From: an uncultured archaeon
GTDB taxonomy: Archaea > Iainarchaeota > Iainarchaeia > Iainarchaeales > CSSED10-239
DNA: 32,000 nucleotides
Direction: 5' to 3'
Assembly (NCBI GenBank): GCA_964463155.1
Contig: CAYXAY010000001.1
Location: 1-32,000 of the forward strand
The notes beneath the pieces were generated by a model, which did not search any database, had not been told where the DNA came from, and worked only from the letters and a program-made list of their open reading frames with translations. The position numbers and the translations under genes were made by a program. Below, one piece after another: positions 26,901 through 32,000 of this stretch (positions are counted from its first letter, which is position 1; the number at the start of each line of letters is the position of its first letter).

Positions 26901-27526
26901 CTAGCAACAACTTCTTCCTGATAACGCATTGCTTCTTCAATAACTCTGTTAACTTCTCTTTTGCTTGGTTTATATATGTCAATATTTAATTTTTTTCTTG
27001 CAAGATCTCCAAGTAACAACGGCAATGTCTGAGCGTTACCGCCAGCGGCTCTGATAGGTCCGGCATAATAAATGTCAATAAAATCAGAATAGTCTTCATT
27101 TTTTGAAATCTTAATCTGTGGCAAACCATCAATGGGGGAAACAACAACACCCCCTGTCTCAATAATAAGCGCAGTTCTTAATGCTTGGTCCAGTCTTTTT
27201 TCAGGGTCTTCAATATCTCCAAGTTGCTTGTCAAGTATCATATTAAATATCTCTAGCATTACTGGAAACCTGCGCTGATGTTTTTCCCATAATGTATTAT
27301 ATACTTCTGCAACTCCCGGAGGACCGACCAAAAGCTCTGTCTTTTCTGCAATACCTTTAGCAGGAACTGATTCAATGTCTTTATGCACATCTTTTCCTTG
27401 CTTTCTCGCATTTCTTGCAAGCGCTATAGCGACATCTATTTGTTCAGTCAATTTATGGTAATATTCCTTAATATCCTTGTTTGCTAAAATATTTGTCTCA
27501 CTCATAACCCACTTCTTCTCTTTCAA
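23930..27526 (-). CDS. polC: DNA polymerase D (Pol II) large subunit DP2
   Basis: About 1190 aa with typical DP2 N-terminus and conserved blocks (GGVVVSPIDG, GPIRAAGGNAQ, WIGARMGRPE, multiple Cys4 zinc modules, GLAPHTSAGIVGRIIG, NVDGDQD). No intein. The track start at 27526 is TTG; ATG 27505 (MSETNIL...) overlaps the DP1 stop as ATGAGTGA and is the likelier start. Confidence 0.93.
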   Translation of the reverse strand: MKEKKWVMSETNILANKDIKEYYHKLTEQIDVAIALARNARKQGKDVHKDIESVPAKGIAEKTELLVGPPGVAEVYNTLWEKHQRRFPVMLEIFNMILDKQLGDIEDPEKRLDQALRTALIIETGGVVVSPIDGLPQIKISKNEDYSDFIDIYYAGPIRAAGGNAQTLPLLLGDLARKKLNIDIYKPSKREVNRVIEEAMRYQEEVVARQQRVTETEIKILVENCPIRINSFADSEVEIVANRDVPGIDTNKVRGAMCLVLIDGLYVRALKIMNTSKKLGLDWSWMEKLVKVKKTAEGVELKPSTKYLEGLAAGRPVFAYPFREGGFRLRYGKARNTGLMAKAINPSTMFVLDEFIAVGTHGRIERPGKSLQYFPCSTIDGPIVRLKNKDVVAIDYVEDAKKYIEQIDRILFVGDMLISVGDFRKTGHPLIKSGYVEEEWLSEIEYLFRTHKIPRPVLEMCKEFYQKPNPYSAVALSIKYNLPLFPKYIFYYDLLNHEELKTLIRQVRNTDKVFSTNEEEEEETKNKPTIFESIKDILEKTIEVIGTEILTKKESQIIGLKIEYDSYIKGILEKIGLVHKYLEEENKILIEQEQAYPFLKTVGAMNAIDPLEEFKEEIEDEDKKATDILSHISKIDIREKSGFWIGARMGRPEAAHEREMVGKPHALFPIGRGFGNSRDLIKATRKSANGETKHDVGINCVEIKAYMCPYCKKILFGNYCFDCRTGTKTIRECIKCKSQTLQEICNKCNIETKPKLEHKINIDKQIEQAANNLLVGVPETLKGVKGLISREKHSEPLEKGILRAKHNVYIFRDGTCRYEALNATITQVSAKELGINVERLKELGYKHDYLGNDLKDDNQRVSIFPQDIIVDEHCGDYFLRVAAFVDDELEKFYKLSRFYNAKTKEDLIGQLVIGLAPHTSAGIVGRIIGYSKSKLAWGHPYYITAKRRNVDGDQDSMLLLMDSMLNFSCAYLSAGRGGRMDAPIAFTTVLSPFEIDDESHEIETNTEYPYEFYQATKNFTEADKVFEIVNAGKILGTEEQYDCIKFTHDTFAFDEGPKQSNYISIKSMADKMQKQAKLQGRIKAVDNKDSLERLLHYHLFPDIIGNTRAFARQKLRCVKCNKKYRRIPLSGVCDCGGKLILTIAQGSIKKYLEVAKNLVIDYNLNPHLLQRIQLSEDEINSLFSDKKSRVQRSLSEYF

Positions 27527-28991
27527 AATCCTTTATACAAAGTTTTTGGTTTTTTAAATTAAACAACACGACCTTTGACACAGTTGGCATGTGTCCCATC
27601 TCTTTCTGAAAAGATGTGATTGATTGCCAGCAAGAAGTGCTAACAAGATGACAGCTCTTGTATCTAGAGTATGCATGATGATGTATGTGTCCGCAAATAA
27701 AAACATCTGGTACTTCTTTTATTGTCAAAAAGTTCTTTTCAATAGGAATAAATGTTTGCTTTTCCCCAAACTGCGGCATCAAGTCTCTTCTTCTAATAAG
27801 TTCTTTTTGCGCTAAGTCTGGTCTATCCATTTTAATATCCTTTACTTTTCCAAATATCCCATGAAGAGCAAATCCGTGATATGTTAAAAACATTAGCCCC
27901 TCAAGTTCTATCCAAGCAGGCGAACCTAAAAGATGAATATTTTTCTTAAGATAAAGATTAGGTAAAAACTTTTCAGAAATTGCAGGCTGAGGATCAGAAA
28001 TCCTTACAGCATCGTGGTTTCCAGGTATCAAGAAAACCTCAATATTCTCTGGAATCCTTAAAATAAAATCTTCAAATGCCTTATATTGTTCAAATATGTC
28101 AGTGATTGCAAGTTCGTCATACTGCTTATTGTATATTCCAATACCATCAACCAAGTCTCCTGCAATAATAATATATTTAATTTTTTCAATAATTCTCTTG
28201 TCTTCATCATTAACATTAAAGCTATTTAACCATTCAATAAAATCATTAAATTCATGTTCTCTAAACAACTTACTTCCAATATGGGTGTCTCCAAGTATAA
28301 CAACAAAAGAATCATCCTTAAGTTGTTGTGTTTTTGTGCTATAAGGAATATCAGCATATGTCATTTCTTTTGCAATAAACAGGTCTTTAGAAATAATAGA
28401 ACACTTAAACCCCAAAACATTATCCATTAATATCTCTTTTGGGTTGACATTGTATCTTATCCCATTGCAGTTATTGTCAATCCTTGTTCCTTCTGTTTTT
28501 TCCATAACAACAATATTGACTTTTCCGGTGGGATCGTCAACGGTCAGCAAGAGATTTCCGTTTTTGGTTATTCTTTTGTCAAGAACCATTCCAATAATAT
28601 CAACTTCTTTTCCTTTTAGTTCTCTTTTAGCATCAGCAATCGTTTGATGATTAAATCCTTCTCTTTTTCTAATAATCTCAAACAAAGTATTGTATTTGTC
28701 TAAAAACAAAGCAAGAAAGTCATCAACCTGCCCCTGTGACAGTTGCTTTCCAGTAACATCATAAGCGTCAAATATTCTAAAGTTCTTTCCATTATTAGAG
28801 ATTACATTTTCCACAGATTCAACCATTGAACTTATAATCTTTCTAACATCTTCTGTGCAAACAAAAATCTTGTTTTCAGCAGCCAATCTGTCAAGTATTT
28901 TCCTATAATTATTTGAATTCAATAATCTAAGGCAATCCTCATTAATTATCAGATTTTTATCTTGTGCGTAACAAACAATCTTTGAATCCAT
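27498..28991 (-). CDS. polB: DNA polymerase D (Pol II) small subunit DP1 (Mre11-like 3'-5' exonuclease)
   Basis: OB-fold region followed by calcineurin-like phosphoesterase motifs GDTHIG, GDLVDG, GNHD and GHIHHH. Directly upstream of, and overlapping, DP2. Confidence 0.9.
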   Translation of the reverse strand: MDSKIVCYAQDKNLIINEDCLRLLNSNNYRKILDRLAAENKIFVCTEDVRKIISSMVESVENVISNNGKNFRIFDAYDVTGKQLSQGQVDDFLALFLDKYNTLFEIIRKREGFNHQTIADAKRELKGKEVDIIGMVLDKRITKNGNLLLTVDDPTGKVNIVVMEKTEGTRIDNNCNGIRYNVNPKEILMDNVLGFKCSIISKDLFIAKEMTYADIPYSTKTQQLKDDSFVVILGDTHIGSKLFREHEFNDFIEWLNSFNVNDEDKRIIEKIKYIIIAGDLVDGIGIYNKQYDELAITDIFEQYKAFEDFILRIPENIEVFLIPGNHDAVRISDPQPAISEKFLPNLYLKKNIHLLGSPAWIELEGLMFLTYHGFALHGIFGKVKDIKMDRPDLAQKELIRRRDLMPQFGEKQTFIPIEKNFLTIKEVPDVFICGHIHHHAYSRYKSCHLVSTSCWQSITSFQKEMGHMPTVSKVVLFNLKNQKLCIKDFEREEVGYE

Positions 28992-28998
28992 CTTGTTT

Positions 28999-29274
28999 TC
29001 ATTTTATACTTTCTTTTAAGTTTTCTAACTTACTAATAAGCGACCACATAGCACTTCTGCAAAATTGCGGCACATTGTTGTTGTTTGTTATGTCTTCCAA
29101 TTCATAAAGTATGCTTGATATCTCTATATCGTCACATTTCTTCTTTAGTCTTTCTTCAATACCATTTAACAACCGCTTTAGGTTCTTTGGTATTGATCCA
29201 TCTTCTATTAGAAACTCAATCTCTGAAACAATCTCTTGTATCATCTTAGAAGTGTCTACTATCTTCTTTGGCAT
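28999..29274 (-). CDS. UPF0147-family small helical protein
   Basis: 91 aa. DGSIPKNLKRLLNGIEERL and NNNVPQFCRSAMWSLISKLE resemble the D.SVPRNIRR / DPNMP.h.Rt.iW..l..LE blocks of archaeal UPF0147 proteins, from memory. Confidence 0.55.
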   Translation of the reverse strand: MPKKIVDTSKMIQEIVSEIEFLIEDGSIPKNLKRLLNGIEERLKKKCDDIEISSILYELEDITNNNNVPQFCRSAMWSLISKLENLKESIK

Positions 29275-29351
29275 ATTATCACTTCCTTAATTGTTAAAAA
29301 TAGCAATTAATATATATTTTTGCAGTAAATCATTTTTAATAGCTTTTGGTT

Positions 29352-30287
29352 TTATTCCCATCTACTTTTTTTGTTTTTCTTTTCAATAGGATAGGTTTCC
29401 AAAAGCTCTCTGATTGTAATGTTTTTTTCGCCTTTCATAAACTGGTTCTTTTCATAGCCACTTGATACCACAATTTCTTTTCCTGGATTATTTTTTTTTA
29501 TAAAATCCAACATGTGCTTTTGTTCAGTTTCTGAAAGATTCGGGTTGTAAATAAAAACAATCAAATCAGATAATGCTTTGATTGCGGCAATTGCTTGTTT
29601 TTCAATAGCATTCATGTTCTTAAATTCAGTGTGCAAAAGTCCGGGGGTATCAATAACTTGATATGTCTCTTGTCTTCTATTTAAGTAACCTATATTAAGT
29701 GCTTTAGTTGTAAAAGCATAAACATTAATTTCGGGCGTGGCTTCAGTTATCTTTGTAAGATATGTTGTTTTTCCAGCATTTGGAAGTCCAATAAGAACAA
29801 TAGTTCTAAGATTAAAATCAGGACTTGCAATTCTTCTAAAGCCTTTCTCCAAATCAATCAGCTTGTCAAAAGTGCTATCTAAGTTCTTAAGAACAGAAGC
29901 AAGCCTTCCAACATATTCTTTCTTTATTTTTACAAACTTGTCTTTATCAAATTTACTTCCTCTTCTTTCCTGCATCCTCAGTAATAATTTTTTGTATTTT
30001 TCTGAAAGTTTGTTGATAACGGTAATTGTACTGGTTATGTGGTTTCTATATTTTTCAATTGTTGTTTTTGGACAGATGTTTTTAAACATCAGCTTATAAT
30101 ATTCGTTTTTTATCTCATAATTTGGTAACCTGTCAGAAACACACTTAAGTTTGTCAGTAACCCCCACTTGATAAGCAGAGATATACTTGTGCGCAAGGTC
30201 GTTTCTTTGAAAGTCCTTGGTTTTTCTAACTTTATTAATAATAACATCCAATATATCCTTGGATTTAGTGATTTTTGGGAAGTTCAT
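29352..30287 (-). CDS. Nog1-like GTP-binding protein (archaeal NOG1 N-terminal domain + G domain)
   Basis: N-terminal helical domain, then G1 GLPNAGKTT and G3 DTPGLL. A G4 NKxD motif is not obvious. Confidence 0.65.
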   Translation of the reverse strand: MNFPKITKSKDILDVIINKVRKTKDFQRNDLAHKYISAYQVGVTDKLKCVSDRLPNYEIKNEYYKLMFKNICPKTTIEKYRNHITSTITVINKLSEKYKKLLLRMQERRGSKFDKDKFVKIKKEYVGRLASVLKNLDSTFDKLIDLEKGFRRIASPDFNLRTIVLIGLPNAGKTTYLTKITEATPEINVYAFTTKALNIGYLNRRQETYQVIDTPGLLHTEFKNMNAIEKQAIAAIKALSDLIVFIYNPNLSETEQKHMLDFIKKNNPGKEIVVSSGYEKNQFMKGEKNITIRELLETYPIEKKNKKSRWE

Positions 30288-30386
30288 ATTTTTCTTATTT
30301 TGATTAAGTATTTAAAGGATTTGGTTATAAATATATATAATAATATAATATTTTATATATTCTTCTTTTAAAACGGTGTAAAATCT

Positions 30387-31472
30387 ATGAAAGTAATTAC
30401 AGAAAAGAACTATAAAAAATTAATGTTAATACCATTAATAATAGCAATAATTTGTTTGTTCCTGATATTTGTACATCCAAAGGTACATAGAGGAATAGAC
30501 CTAAAAGGAGGAAACCAATTGATCCTAAGACATGAAGGAGAATCAATAGAGCATTCAACCCTTGAGAGCATAATCCGGCAAAACTATTCATTAAAAGAAG
30601 TATCAATTAACGAGACAACTGGACCTGGAAGCATAGGACTAATAATAGAGTATTCAAACAGCCCAGAGATAGAGAACGCAAAGCTTTCAAGAAATAGACT
30701 TGATTTTAAAAATTCAAATATTGAGGACCTAAAAGTAAAATCAAAAGATGTATTGTCTCCTCTTCTTGCAAAAAAATACATTTCTCAAAAAGAAATAGAT
30801 TACATTGATGATTTAAAAAACAAAGAAGACCTAAAAAATTATGTCACTGAAACAATAATTCTTGCAAATAATAATTTTAATAATTCTTTAGTAAACCTAG
30901 TAAAATCTGAATTAAAGCTAGGAGAAGAAGCAAGAATCCAGACAAGAGAGATTTCAGCAACTCTTGGTAAAGACTTTGTAAAGTCTTCAATAACAGTAGG
31001 AATAATTGCTTTTACTCTTCTAACAATAGTAATATTATTGTTCTTTAGGGAAATAATTCCTTCTGGATTAATTATCTTTGCTGCAATATTTGATATCCTT
31101 GTAGGTCTTGCAGGAATGGCATTAATAGGTTTGCCACTGGGCCTAACAACAATTCCTGCCCTATTGATGCTTATTGGTTATTCTGTTGACACAGATATTC
31201 TTCTAAGCACAAAGTTATTAAAGCACAGGACAACAGACCCATACACAGCAGCAAACGATTCAATGAAAACAGGACTAACGATGACGATAACAACTCTAGC
31301 AACAGTTCTAGTGATGATGGTTGTTGCTTACTTTACTCAAATGCTTGTGGTTTTGGAAATCGCAGTGATTTTGTTCTTTGGTTTACTTGGAGACTTAATA
31401 TCAACATGGTTCTTCAATGCGTCAGCATTAATATCTTATGTTAAACACAAGGAGAAAAAAAGTCAAATTTAA
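30387..31472 (+). CDS. secF: Protein-export membrane protein SecF
   Basis: N-terminal TM, then GIDLKGGNQL (the GxDFxGG-type motif), an extracytoplasmic domain and a C-terminal 5-TM bundle. Immediately followed by secD. At 361 aa the first loop is longer than usual. Confidence 0.8.
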   Translation: MKVITEKNYKKLMLIPLIIAIICLFLIFVHPKVHRGIDLKGGNQLILRHEGESIEHSTLESIIRQNYSLKEVSINETTGPGSIGLIIEYSNSPEIENAKLSRNRLDFKNSNIEDLKVKSKDVLSPLLAKKYISQKEIDYIDDLKNKEDLKNYVTETIILANNNFNNSLVNLVKSELKLGEEARIQTREISATLGKDFVKSSITVGIIAFTLLTIVILLFFREIIPSGLIIFAAIFDILVGLAGMALIGLPLGLTTIPALLMLIGYSVDTDILLSTKLLKHRTTDPYTAANDSMKTGLTMTITTLATVLVMMVVAYFTQMLVVLEIAVILFFGLLGDLISTWFFNASALISYVKHKEKKSQI

Positions 31473-31489
31473 AAAAGGGGTTTTTCAAA

Positions 31490-32000
31490 ATGAAAAGTTT
31501 ATTAAAAAGACCAAGAATCATAATTTGGATTTTAATTGTAATAATAGCAATAGTACTACTAGCAACAAAGGGACTACAATATGGTGTTGATTTTTCTGGG
31601 GGAACAGCATTTCAAATAGTTCTGGAAAAGCCTGTTGAGCAAAACGAGATGCCACGTGTTGTTGCAGTAATCTCAAGAAGACTTGACTGGGCAGGACTAA
31701 AGGATGCCAAAGTGACTTCAGCAGGTAACCAGTATATAACTGCTCAGCTTGCAGAGTCTGATCCTGATGAGATTGCTAGACTTAAAAACACTCTTTTAAA
31801 ACAAGGTAAGTTTGAGGCCATCCTTGATGGAGAAGTGTTGTTTGTTGGTGAGGATATAAGAACGGTCTATAAAGACCCAGCAAGAGGGTATGGTATTCAG
31901 ACAATAGACAAGTCCGGCGCAAGCCAATGGGTACTGCCATTTATGCTTTCTCCTGAAGCATCTAGAAGGTTTGCAGAAATGGCTTTCCACAAATGCACCC
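31490..32000 (+). CDS. secD: Protein-export membrane protein SecD (N-terminal part, runs off the window)
   Basis: ATG 31490 is preceded by aagggg. It reads MKSLLKRPRIIIWILIVIIAIVLLATKGLQYGVDFSGGTAFQIVL...AGNQYITAQL...LLKQGKFEA and is open to the window end. This ORF is not in the supplied track because it is incomplete. Confidence 0.8.
   Translation, partial: MKSLLKRPRIIIWILIVIIAIVLLATKGLQYGVDFSGGTAFQIVLEKPVEQNEMPRVVAVISRRLDWAGLKDAKVTSAGNQYITAQLAESDPDEIARLKNTLLKQGKFEAILDGEVLFVGEDIRTVYKDPARGYGIQTIDKSGASQWVLPFMLSPEASRRFAEMAFHKCT

Noticed and set aside
1-32000. CRISPR arrays, rRNA genes, prophage or defence islands
   Set aside because: No regularly spaced direct repeats and no rRNA-like GC-rich segments were seen. 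No recognisable nuclease, methylase or phage structural genes were seen either. Apart from the IS remnant and the pilus locus, the window is housekeeping.

Overview
AT-rich (about 30-35% GC by eye), tightly packed archaeal window. Archaeal origin is supported by both PolD subunits, RFC small subunit, an Lrp/AsnC regulator, class III signal-peptide pilins and GGTGA/GGAGG ribosome-binding sites. The compaction and composition suggest a DPANN-type lineage, which is inference only. Housekeeping genes: type IA topoisomerase, Lrp/AsnC, an archaeal MiaB-like radical-SAM methylthiotransferase, rfcS, grpE-dnaK-dnaJ, polB/polC (PolD DP1/DP2), a UPF0147 protein, a Nog1-like GTPase and secF/secD. The left edge holds a decayed IS200/IS605-type tnpA with terminal hairpins. 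The main accessory region (about 6.9-17.8 kb) is a complete Epd/Tad-like archaeal type IV pilus locus. It encodes one secretion ATPase, two single-domain platform proteins, an A24 prepilin peptidase and nine prepilin-like genes that all carry [KR][GA]-Q-x-x-[LIV]-E. Five pilins share a 4-Cys Ig-like module. Two tandem giant pilins (504 and 530 aa) add a C-terminal FGE-sulfatase/C-type-lectin-like domain. These look like pilus-borne adhesins and are the most unusual content here. No rRNA, tRNA or CRISPR array was recognised. All family assignments come from motif recognition by eye, not from searches.
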